Assembly (NCBI GenBank): GCA_043228905.1
Contig: JBHGNT010000014.1
Coordinates: 3,534,001-3,598,000 of the forward strand
Length of the DNA: 64,000 nucleotides
Reading direction: 5' to 3'
Source of the DNA: Azolla caroliniana
Lineage: Eukaryota; Plantae; Polypodiophyta
Shown: one piece after another, positions 35,001 through 46,412 of the stretch
Layout: every line of letters starts with the position of its first letter
How positions within the stretch are numbered: the stretch's first letter is position 1
Translations under genes and position numbers: made by a program
The notes under the pieces: model-generated
What the model was told of the DNA's origin: nothing
Database searches by the model: none
What the model saw: the letters and a program-made list of their open reading frames with translations, nothing else

Positions 35001-36112
35001 TGACAAGGCTACGATCGAGAAGGTTATGAACTTGGAACTCGACGTGATGAGGCTAGAAACTTGATAAGTTGCGAGTGATGAGATGAGGAACTTAAGACGC
35101 TAGGAATAATACAAGAGCATAATGACAAAGATATAAATCAAGGAGAGAAGATGGAGCGAAACAAGAATACTAGATTGATGTGTGAATGTCTGGTGTTGAA
35201 TCCCTTGAAAGGGACCAAGGAGGTTACACGTATTTATACTACAAATTGAAGTACATGCATTAGAATATTCTGGAGAATATTTGCGAGAATATTCTGGAGA
35301 ATATTTGCGAGAATATTCTAGAACCCTCTAGAACCTTCTAATTCTAGAATTTTCTTAAAAATCCTAGAACTTGAGATATAGATGATCTAGTAATAATATA
35401 CTAAGATATACATAACATGACCATGTATTTGGATGTGTTGGTTAGAACATAGCACTTGATTATATACAAGAGGTGAAGAGTTCAAATCTTGACATTATTG
35501 TTGTCATGTCCATGACACAACCTCAAGTTAAGCTTGAGGGGGAGTGTTGACTGAGCAAGCTCAACATGGGCCGGATTAGCTAAAGAAGTAGAAAGTCGGG
35601 TCAGATAAAGACCGATTGGCTAGGCCTAGATCGGTTGAAGAAGCCAAAAGCTGGATTGAATGAAGGCTGGATTGGCGGGAGCTGGTGTTTGGGCCAATAT
35701 TTCTATTCATGGTAATAAGAATATTTTTGGGAGTTAGTGTTAGATGCTCACTCAATGAGCATTCAAGTACTTGTCAATACTTGGCAGCCCTCTATCAAAG
35801 CTTGTATCAAAAGTGCTCTCTACGCACATTCTATGTACAAAGTCATTTTATAATAGTGTTTTATGTTATTGTCTCCTCACTTTGTCTCTCTCACTCTACC
35901 CATGTGTTTACCTAACTATTTTGTTTTCGGACAACTGACTCTCTGTGTTTTGCATAAAGCTTCCACACATATCTCTTTTCATGAAATAACGAAGGTATTG
36001 TTCCAAGGTTTGATTGGTATATTCTGTTTCACCATTAGTCTCTAGATGATAGCATAAGAGAGTTTACAATCAATTTGGAGGAGCCCAAGCAAGTACTTCC
36101 AAAATGTCAACA
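32040..36112 (+). mobile_element. 3' remnant of a copia element (RNase H, extra 3' region, PPT, LTR 35545-36112)
   Basis: Motif VFHTRTKHIEVHYHF...NFTKPL. GAGGGGGAG PPT followed by TGTTGAC...GTCAACA. Confidence 0.75.
32865..35517 (-). mobile_element. Tandem non-autonomous LTR element (LTR-internal-LTR-internal-partial LTR)
   Basis: LTR copies at 34960-35517 and 33300-33807, partial at 32865-32899, with T(A)TCACGGACA...TGTCCGTGACA termini. Minus-strand PPT AAAGGGGAGGA. Internal 48-bp repeats. No pol. Confidence 0.7.
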
Positions 36113-36428
36113 TAAACTGTGGACCTTGATAACTAATGATATCATCAGAAAGACCATGATGTCGAAACACTTGACGCATAACTAGGAGCCAAAGCCTTAG
36201 CTTTAGCCTTCGCTGAGTTGCCTCTCTTTCTACCTGAGCCGTTCCCCTGCATCTACGCTCCTAACTTTCTCAAAGGCAAATGAGATCATAGGATCGGTGA
36301 AGCATCGAGGGGAATTCTCCTCGGTCTAGGTTCAGTGTGTCATCTGGATCAAGGTGAGGGTGTAATATGTCTTTTGAGGCTTTGGGGTGGGCATGGGTGG
36401 TGATGCAGTGGGGTTCGAATCCGGGGAG

Positions 36429-36473
<45 letters not shown>

Positions 36474-36635
36474 CTGTCCTTCTTTAGGATCCAAAACCTT
36501 AGCCTTAGCCTTCATCGCCTGTCGCACATGCGGTTGGGATGGTGACGTGGGTCCCCCCATTTTAGTTGTTCTCGCAGAGCATTTTTGTAGAGGCCTAGTT
36601 TCCCTTCATGTACCTCGGAACACAAAGTGTTGTTG

Positions 36636-36754
36636 TGGTGTGGTCATACGAGCGCTAATACATTGGATCCCATCAGAACTCCACAATTAAGCGTGCTTAG
36701 GCCAGAATTGTAGTGGGATGGGTGACCTCCCCGATAGTCCTAGTGCTGCACACT
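36636..36754 (+). pseudogene. Outermost, most diverged 5S copy
   Basis: 5S match followed by T6. The upstream spacer has (GT)n in place of (TA)n. Confidence 0.8.
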
Positions 36755-37122
36755 TTTTTAGTTGCTTTCTCTTTCTACTCTAACCACTCACATTTTGCGT
36801 TCCCTTCTTTTTTTGCCTGAGCCATTCCGATGGATCTATGTTGCTAACGTTTTTAGAGGCGGAAGGGAACAGTGGTAAACCTCACCTTGCTAGTGCCTAT
36901 GTATAGAATCAGTGAAGCATTGTGGCTCGAGGGGCAATCTCATCGGGTTATAAGAGTTTCTTTACATCAAATACGATTCACCAAATGAAATGCCACGAGT
37001 ATGGCACATGTTACAAAGACCCCTCTTCAGGTTTTGAACAAGTAGGAGGAAAACGCCAAGATGAGGTGGTTGAGCTTTGGTGTGGCTAAGCTAAGAGATG
37101 TCGCTAAGGCCTCTCTTATGTT

Positions 37123-37499
37123 CAACGACAACAAAGCCTTCGAGTCAAACTAGTGTCCTCGGGTCAAATAAGCTCCATTCCATGACTAAAGTGCAATGAA
37201 CCAAACTCGTCCCTTTGAAGACACCACACACTAGCTCTTCGGGGTGAAGAAGAAGACTGGAAAATGACTCCTAAAGTCGAAGTAGAGGTGTACAAGGAGT
37301 GTTGCCAAATCCCTTAACGACAACAAAGCCTTCGAGTCAAACTAGTGTCCTCGGGTCAAATAAGCTCCATTCCATGACTAAAGTGCAATGAACCAAACTC
37401 GTCCCTTTGAAGACACCACACACTAGCTCTTCGGGGTGAAGAAGAAGACTGGAAAATGACTCCTAAAGTCGAAGTAGAGGTGTACAAGAAGGAGTGTTG
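37123..37499. repeat. ~190-bp tandem duplication
   Basis: AACGACAACAAAGCC...GTGTACAAG occurs twice, nearly identical. Confidence 0.9.
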
Positions 37500-39544
37500 A
37501 GGTAATGAGAAATTATACCTTGAACCCAAACTCTTCTAAAGATGGGAGGGTGAGTTAAGGGATTTGGCAAGATTGAAATAAGTTAAACTAGGAATATAAT
37601 ATTAATGGAATGGTGGATATTAGGATTACTTCAACATCAAGAGCTTGTGGTATGGGGGAAGTTTTGGGTTAAAGTCTTACTTCAACATTAGGGGATTAAG
37701 TGAACAAATTAATGGAATGGTGGATATTAGGATTACCTTTTTGATACCATCAAGTGCTAGAGAAAACGAAAAGCGTGTAAGTAGGAAAAACAACATGGTG
37801 CATGCTAAAATAAATAAAAAGTCGAGGATATCCCCTTGAAGCTCTATTCATGATCTTATCTCTTGTTTTGTCTAGGTAATGAAACCGAGAATCATCTCAT
37901 TGTATTTGCATACCCTCATAGAGTTACTAATGCTTACGAAATTTTAATATAAGATAGATTTCACTTATTTTTTGAAAAAATCATTGTTAAAGTACCCAAT
38001 ATGAAGGCTTCGCCACAAGGATCATGTTAGAATTTTCGGCTCGGAATTTCGAGCTCAAGAGACAAAGTTACATGAATTTTTATGAAATTGGCGGATAACG
38101 AATCATCGAGTTGCCTCATCAGAAACTTCTCACATCAATATGAAGGCTTCGTCATGAGGATCAAGACGGATTTTTCATATTTTAATTTTGACCTCGGAGC
38201 GCAAAGTAGCGTCTTACGGTAAAATATTCAAGCGATGGGATTCGAACCCACCACATTGGTTGAAGCCCACGTCATCGTCCTTAACATTGAACTGATACGA
38301 TCTCACAAATAAAATGTTACGGAAGATATTTCAACTTCTTAAAGGGAAGTACGTGTGAACATCAACATCCTACAACACTCAACTTAAAAGACTAGAGTTA
38401 ACCCATCCTCTTCGGTTCAAGTCTTTAGTGGTCCTGCCCCAATTCACACTCACGTGTGTAACATAGCGACAATGGCAACGATGCCTCAAAGTCAATATAC
38501 AATTCCTTGGGCACTTTGTGCGAGTTAGCCAATCCTCTTCTCGAAGTCGTTGATGCTCGATAACTTCGTGCTTATGAAGAATGCAAACCCTAAGTGTAGA
38601 AGAGGTAAAAGAAATGACAACGAACCTTAACGCAAAGAAAAATCCAAACGTTTAAATGAAGAGCTTGTTCTCCCAAGTGGACTCAAGACGCCCCAAAAGA
38701 AGAACCCCTAAATTAGTTCTCTTCCCCCCATTTTATGGGCAGAGAGGTACCTCATTTTGGATTAAATGCATCCTATCCTCACTTTGTATTCAAAAATGAA
38801 AAATAGCGAATAATTACTTAATAAAAATTAAAATAAATCTAACTCCTTAATACGATGAAAATTCAAACTTTCCACCACTTGTACATAATAAATAGCCCTA
38901 ACCACTATACCATTTAGTTTTAATTATTATATTTTTATTTTATCTAATAAATATTTAAGTTTTTCTAGTTTGCCTCATTTTGCCCTAGTATCCTTATTTT
39001 CTACCTTTGGGCGCACCACATCACGACAACGTGTCTTCATACAACATGGCAAAGCGTTGATATATGTGTCAATAAGTTTTTCTGTTTATGTATGGTACAA
39101 CATAGCAAAGCGTCGATATGTGTCAATCAACTTCTCTCTCTATGTGATGGTATATGTGTATGCATGCATGTATAGTATGGTATGGTATGGTATGTATACA
39201 TGTGAACCGCAACCGTGGTCATCTCTACCCCGCCCCCCTCCCTATATTCTTTCTGTTTGATTTTTTTGCCCTTTCGATTTTTTGCTTTTCTCTCCCATTC
39301 TCATGGCCGATGGGGAATGTTGCAAGTTCATGCCACTTTGAAATAGCCAATCTCTTTTCTCATCTCTTTCTTCTTTTATGTCTTTCATTTATGTTATCTA
39401 TATCTTATCTTTGATGGAGTTTCTCTTCTTCTTTAAGTGTTTTTTACCTTGATCCTTGTTTTTTTACCGTCGGGCATGCCACATCACAAGAACATGTCAG
39501 ATTCATACAACATGTCAAATATCGTCAATACATATGTCAATCAA

Positions 39545-40682
39545 CTCATCAAGCTTTTGAGGCATCCCGATCCCTATATGCGTTTGGGGATACTAGCTCT
39601 TGGTATAGCACTGTAGTGAGTTGGTTACTTGCAAATGGCATAGACGTTAATAACCTACTTCCCCTTAAGTACAACCATGGGACTAATAAAACTTTAATCT
39701 CTCACGAGGACCATAATAAAGTAATACGCCAAGAAATATGACAAATTTACACTCAATATAAATGGATCACCCCACAAGAGTCACTCCCATCGAAAATGTT
39801 GTACTATAAGGAACACTTCATTTCTCTAAGTTAGGTTTATTACACAACCAAAATATCTAGATATATTCTTATCAAATGCACTAAGGGTTGCCATTGGACA
39901 ACTTAAGATATCATCTCACCAACTTTAGATTGAGAATGGTCGTACTAATAGAGTCCCTAGAGAGGAAAGGATATGTACATTATGTCATATAGAGATAGAG
40001 GATGAGTATCACTTTACATACAAGTGTCCAACTTACGCCGAGATAAGGGCGAAATACCAAGACATACTAGGACCCTCTCCCACCCTCTCCAAACTATTAG
40101 ATACCCCGGATATAAAGAGACTAGGTAGGTATATCTTAGAGCTAAAACAACATAGAGAGAATAAGCGACCAAATGTTAATCATAACCATTCTAACATTCA
40201 CCAACATGTACCTAATGAAACTTTTCAGGAACAAGGGGAGATGATGAATGTGGACACACCTACGCCACTCGGCCTCTCCCGTGCTGAAGCAAAAAAGCAA
40301 AGAATAACCAAACGCCCTCGGATGTCGAGCTTCAAAGCAACTCGACATGGAGTTGAAACAAATAAGATGATAAGGGAATGTGAGTTGCGCTGCCTAGAAG
40401 CTATGGTTGGAGTACTTTTTACATTGGAACCACGGGCCACATCCACATCGAAACCCTTTGACCTCCCGCTTATTTTCGAGAGACTTGGATGGAAATGAAA
40501 CTAGGCCCAGTATATTTAAGCCATATTTCCTTTCTAGAGCATGTTTTTTACCAGAACTCTTTAGCTTAAGTCTTATTTTTAGTTTCGATGGATGGGTAAA
40601 TACCCCATTTTTGTTGTAAATCAATTGTCTCATGGGCCAATTTTGGTCTTAGAAGACATTCATATATCTTTCTTTCTTTTCT
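39545..40682 (+). mobile_element. 5'-truncated LINE, same family as 46413-51210
   Basis: Aligns with about 50055-51200, including the CCHC region, FERLGWK* and a (TTTC)n tail. Confidence 0.88.
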
Positions 40683-40854
40683 ATTTATGGTATGTATGTA
40701 TATGTATGTATGTATGGTATTTATGTATGCATGTATATGGCATGGCATGCGAACCGCAGCCGCGGTCATCTCCAGCCCCGCCGCCCCTGTATCCTTTCTG
40801 TTTGATTTTGTTTGCCCTTCTGATTTCTGCTTCTCTCTCCCATTTTCATGGCCG

Positions 40855-41420
40855 ATGGGGAATGCCGCAAGTTCATGCCACTTTGAAATAAGTAATTCTC
40901 TCTTCTCTTCTCATCTCTTTCCTTCTTTTCTGTCTTTCTTTTCTGTTCTCTGTATCCAATCTTTGATGTGGTTTCCCTTCTTTTTAGTGATGGGAGAATT
41001 TATGAACGCACATTCTACACACACGCCTACTGCATTGTTGTTGGTTTTCATCATCATTAACTGTTGTCTTTTAGTTTCCCAGAAGGAGCTCAAGAGAGCT
41101 AAACAGAGGTTTCTGCAGATTACCGGTAGATTGGGATGCGAAATCGATCCCGAAAATTTCAAGCGGGCTCTTAGCATTGGTATGAGAGGCATTCATATAC
41201 TAACAGTTTGTATTCTTTTGTGATATATGTATTATGAAGAAAAATGATGGATATGATGTTGTGGCCATTCTTCCGATGTCTTCCACACAATTGAAGAAAT
41301 TTTGATGCGTTGTTGCTCTTGTCAACTGCTACAAACACTTGTGGATGGATCGATTTAGTAGCAAATACATCAATCTATGCATGCATACTGTATCTATGTA
41401 TTGTATGTGTGCATACATGG

Positions 41421-41480
<60 letters not shown>

Positions 41481-42359
41481 GTAACCATGCATGTGGGTTT
41501 GATAGAGCTTGATCATTGTAAAATAAATTCAAAAGTTTCCCAAACTGTGTTCGTCCTAGATGGAAACCCTTGTGCCGACAGATTGTTTGAAGTCGTGGAT
41601 GTCGATGGTAGTGGAGGCATTAGCTTTAAGGAGGTTTGCCAAGGGATAGCCAACAGGCGATCCATGTCGACCAAAGAAGCTAAGTTTCATGGTAAAAAAA
41701 TTGCCTCCACATAATAGATATACGAAGAAGAACAAAAAAAGCTTGTTACCATTGAGATATTTGTAGATTAGCTTAAATGAGAAAACAACATAATGAATGA
41801 ATATCTCAGTTGTCTTTTCCTAGTTCTTTTCAAATTCTATGACAAGGATAATGATGGAAGGATATCACGACAAGAGGTGGCTTATGCCATGCGTCTTGCT
41901 TGTCCCCGACAATTCCCAACTTCCACTCTGCAACAGGTTTTTAATCTCATTCGAAGTTACCCAGTTCCATTTTTCTGATCAATAAATCATACATTATAAA
42001 AGAAGTTCTGTTGTATTCGTGTGTTGATCATTTTGATGACATAAACTTAAGAAGAGATGTTGAAAATTGTGAAAAAAACATCCTTTCCAAACATTGATGT
42101 CGGAAACACGTGAAAACATTAGATTTCAGTATATTATCTCTTTAGAAAGGCATGGAATCAATTTAAAAACTTGGATAGACTCGGTTTTATGTCGCCTGAT
42201 CAAAATAGAATATGGCACACACAAATGGTCTTGCAGCTGGTGATGTCTACAATGCAGACTTTTGATGTCGATAAGGATGGATACCTGAACTTTGTGGAGT
42301 TTTGTAGCATGATGATGGCCTCTGGAATGGAATTAAACGGTGATGATGATGGGATTTGA
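40855..42359 (+). CDS. N-myristoylated EF-hand calcium sensor, calcineurin-B-like, 169 aa; exons 40855-40891, 41075-41179, 41560-41691, 41824-41936, 42237-42359
   Basis: All four introns are GT-AG and phase-compatible (510 nt spliced). N-terminus MGNAASSC. EF loops DVDGSGGISFKE, DKDNDGRISRQE and DVDKDGYLNFVE. Confidence 0.85.
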
Positions 42360-43679
42360 AGAAATAAACATTTCTATCAACAAAAAAAAAATGTAAACGA
42401 TGAAAAGAAGCCATCAGATCAATGTAAAGGATGAAAAGAAGCCGTCATATCAAGCGAGAGCACATCCCAGATAGGAGTTTTTGAATCTTATCCTGGTGTG
42501 CCTGTAATATCCTCCTGTAAATTGTAAAATTTTCAACTCTGACTTTGGTTTAACTATAGAAATGAGTATTCATTCATGTTAAGTAATGGTAATATTGTGA
42601 GAGCAGATCAATACAAGGAGTCGGGATTATAGCATGCATTGGGAGATCATCTTTCTAATCAGACTGCCAAAGTTTTTCATAAGTAGATTCCATGTAAGTC
42701 ATTGTCCAATGATGACGAATAATTTGTGAATTAATCGCCATATGAGCCGCCATGTAAGTCATTGTCCAATGTTTTGCTACTTTTTGGGCGTCAATACGTC
42801 ATCTTTTATCACCCGATTCACTCCTGACTGATTAGGTCCTAAATTGGGTCATTCAAAATTTGTCTATATGCATACAATACCACCCTAACCAAGTATTCAT
42901 TTGAGTGTATCAACATTGTTCATATTTGTCTGCTGCCAATGGCATACAGATGTGAGAGCAAGTTATCATTATGTACCATGGGGAAGGTTCCACAATCTTT
43001 GTGTTGAACTCATTGCTCAGATTAGAGCTTCAATTATCATGGCTGTCCCTAATTCTGCTCATCTAACCATGGGGAAGGTTCCAAAAAGCCGCAACGTGGT
43101 TCATGGATTTTGAAATCAAATGTGTGTGCAATGTTCCTAAACTACCCAAGAGCTGCATATACTCATGTCAAAAGGCTAGAAGAGCATGTAATCTCTTTTG
43201 AAGTCCTATGGTGTTTAAAAAATGAGAACAACATCATCAGTGTAGAGTAATGTAGGTATCATCACTGTGGTTACAAAAGGCTAGAAGAGCATATAGTCTC
43301 TTTTGAAGCCCCCTTTGTGTATGAAAAATGAGAATATCATAGTGTAGAGGAATGTAAGCATCATTACTCATGCTTGAATATGGCCACACCCTTCTCCCCC
43401 TTCAACTATATTATGAGAACTTTTCTATGTAATTTTCATTTAGGATGGGGATTGTGAGCATCTTGGCTTCACTCAATTGATGCTTCGTATAACATTCAAC
43501 ATTCCTCTTGATGCACATATTTTCCTTGTAATAGGATCATACAAAGCATATGTGGTCCGTTGCATACTCTTCATTATTCCAATGGTAGGTAGTCATTCGT
43601 TAGTTTTGCCTATTACATTCTGTTGAATGGTTTATGAAAGTTTCCAATACAATGTAATATGTTGTTCACTTTTGTGCAT

Positions 43680-44110
43680 CAGCTTTCTCTATAGTTGCTC
43701 TTGTTTGAAGATTTGATTTGTAGTAGTATGCCTTCTCTTTCCTCGACTTGTCCTAGGAATTTTGTTCCTTGTTCCTTATCACACCAATGTAAATTTGTAC
43801 ATTTGATTCAAAAGTGTGCCCAACCATGATGATCTTCTTGTAGTTACTAGGGACCATTTGAGTCTCCACTTTGGTGAACTTTCTATATTTGATTTTACTA
43901 TAGTTGCACTTGTTTGAATATTTGATTTATAATAGTATGTCATTCTCTTTCCTCGACTTGTCCTCGGAATTTTGGTCCTTGTTCCTTATCACACCAATGT
44001 AATTTTTTACATTTGATTCAAAAGTGTGCCCAACCATGGTGATCTTCCGGGAGGTATTAGGTACCATTGAGTCTCCACTTTGGAGATCTTTCTATATTTA
44101 GTTGTGCTAT
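43680..44110. repeat. ~215-bp degenerate tandem duplication (a smaller one lies at 43165-43370)
   Basis: CTATAGTTGC...GAGTCTCCACTTTGG is repeated. Confidence 0.8.
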
Positions 44111-46412
44111 AGTTAAAACTCCACTTGTTTTGGGACCTCAATCAACATTGATTTTTGTTTGTACTGAATGTTATCAATATAAAATGTCAAAATTCACACT
44201 ATCTCCCAAAAATAAACAAACCTTAAGTCCCATAAAGACAAGACAAACAAGATGATGGAATCCTTTCTCATTTTTTGTATTATTATCAAAATGCCCCCAA
44301 CATCTTAACATTACCAATGCAATCCCTACATGGTATAATTAAATTACCAAAATACCTATCAATATGTATAACATTACTATAATATGGCTCATAGCAATCT
44401 AGTTAGTCTTGTTACCTTGACTAGGAAATTCAAGCCCATAATTGACGTTGCCAAAATGTAATTAATGACAACTCATAATTAACATTAATCATGGTTATTT
44501 TAAAACATCAAGTAAAATCATGTCTTTATGTTGTGTTGAATTCTTCATGTGGTCTCAATGCCCATAGCACATTCTTTCCTCAACACTAGATGTATGCTAT
44601 TACTTATAGGTCAAAAATTAATAAGTAAAGTTCATAATTTTTACTTTGTTTGACATGTCTTCAAGTGAGAAGTTTATCTATACTCTATGGGCTCATGGTA
44701 TCAATCTGATTCTGATTGAGATCATCAACATGGAACATGACGCCATAATGCACATAGGAAACTGGTTAATTTTGCATAATGGAATACTTGAAGCTAGAGG
44801 AAAAATTCCTAAACCAGGCCACAAGAACACAATTATTGTGATGATGTGAAGGATGAGCCTCTGAACAATTTGGAGGAACAAAAATACAAACACATTGGGT
44901 GATATAAAGGATGAGTGAAGGTTGTCAAAAAGAGAGAAGGGGGAGAAATATTGTAGCTCACATTGAACTCCAGTAAAAACGTGATGTTAGGCTTTCAACT
45001 CTAGCGAAAGAGAAACGATTTTGGTTTCTCCAAAGTATACACTAAAAGATACATGTGGGTTGAAATAACAATATGTAAAGATAAACTTATATCCACACAT
45101 TGTTACATCCTCATAGAGAGTCCAATTGTAACTATAATTTTTGTAAGTTACATTGCAATGATCCTTCTTCCGATGTGCCTGCTAACATTCTTACGTAGGA
45201 GATGATAGGAAATGTGTTGGTTGTGAGAGATTTTAATGCTAAAGTTGGAACTTATCAAAATGTGAAAGTCGATCATGTAATGATGTCATATTCAACATGT
45301 CAAATCTCATAACATGCTTAATTTCACTAACCTAAAGATTCTTTGTAGGATCCATGTGTTTCCAATGCCAAACGTTTTGACATGTTTCCTAGCTTTAGGA
45401 TGAGGAAGTATAGTTGATGTATTAATGAATGAATGTAATGCATCTATGGTGAATGCATTTAGAATTGAGCAATTGTCATCTGGCTCGAACCACATTGCAA
45501 CCCATACTCACCAATGGATTAAAGTACAAGATGACAATAGGTAAATTATGCAACCTTTCTATCAAAAGCTAATCCATATGTAAATAAGAGCCATTTCATG
45601 AACCTCTCCCTCATTAAAGTCGTGAAAACAAATTAGGAGCAATTGAAATAAGTCATTATCAAGGTAGGGTATCAATAGTTTAGTGTATGTTATAGCGTAA
45701 ATATGCATGCGTGTGCTACTTTAGCGAGACTGCAAGGGGTCTTGATCCATGGAGGATGTGAAGATACGTAAGGAACTCAAAATCCCCTTCATATGTTCTC
45801 TTGTGAAAATCCCTTCCTCTCGTGTGTCGTAGGTGAGCACTCCCAAGGCGAACAAAGCTCACAAAAAAATGGAGGTGAATGCTCCCAAGGTGACAGTTGG
45901 AGGGAGGCGAACGAAGAGAGTCGAAGGCTCGCCTACCGACCGTTGCTTTAACATCCACTCTCTCTCATTAGTCCCTCTGTAACAGCTCTCTCTGCCGTTG
46001 CTGTTGCTGTCGTCGCCGTCATCGTCACCGTCGCCGTCGTCTGCAGCCGTTGTCTGCCGCCGCTACAACCGTCGTCATCTGCTCTCTCTCTCTCTCTCTC
46101 TCTCCCTCTCTCGCTTCCTCGTCTCTCTCTGCCGTTGTTGTCACCGGTTAGTGTCATCGCCGTCGTCGTCGCCCGTCATCCGACGACTACCGTTGTCTGC
46201 GGCCGTCGCCGTCTGCTACCGTCTGCAGCCATCTGTCGTCGTCTACCGTCGTTTGACGACTTCCGCCGTCACCGTCGCCGTCACGGGGTGTTTCTTCTCC
46301 GTTCTCTCTTGATGTTGTGAAGTGCCATTTTCTTGACGAGTTCGTGGGTGGGCTCTTTTGGTGTGCTCATCGTGTGCTACAAAATGCCGATGTGATTGTG
46401 ACATACACACAA

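Larger units (their letters stand above)
1..36900 (+). repeat. 5S rDNA tandem array edge (units about 500-600 bp) interrupted by retrotransposons
   Basis: Head-to-tail repeats of a 5S gene plus spacer. Gene starts at 431, 1014, 1610, 2192, 2705, 3292, 3805, 4308, 8529, 9104, 24761, 25372, 30569, 31376 and 36636. Divergence increases rightwards. Confidence 0.97.

Noticed and set aside
45948-46320. Ser/Arg/Thr-rich ORFs
   Set aside because: Low-complexity (GTC/GCC)n and (CT)n sequence with no recognisable domain. A host exon or DNA-transposon end cannot be excluded.
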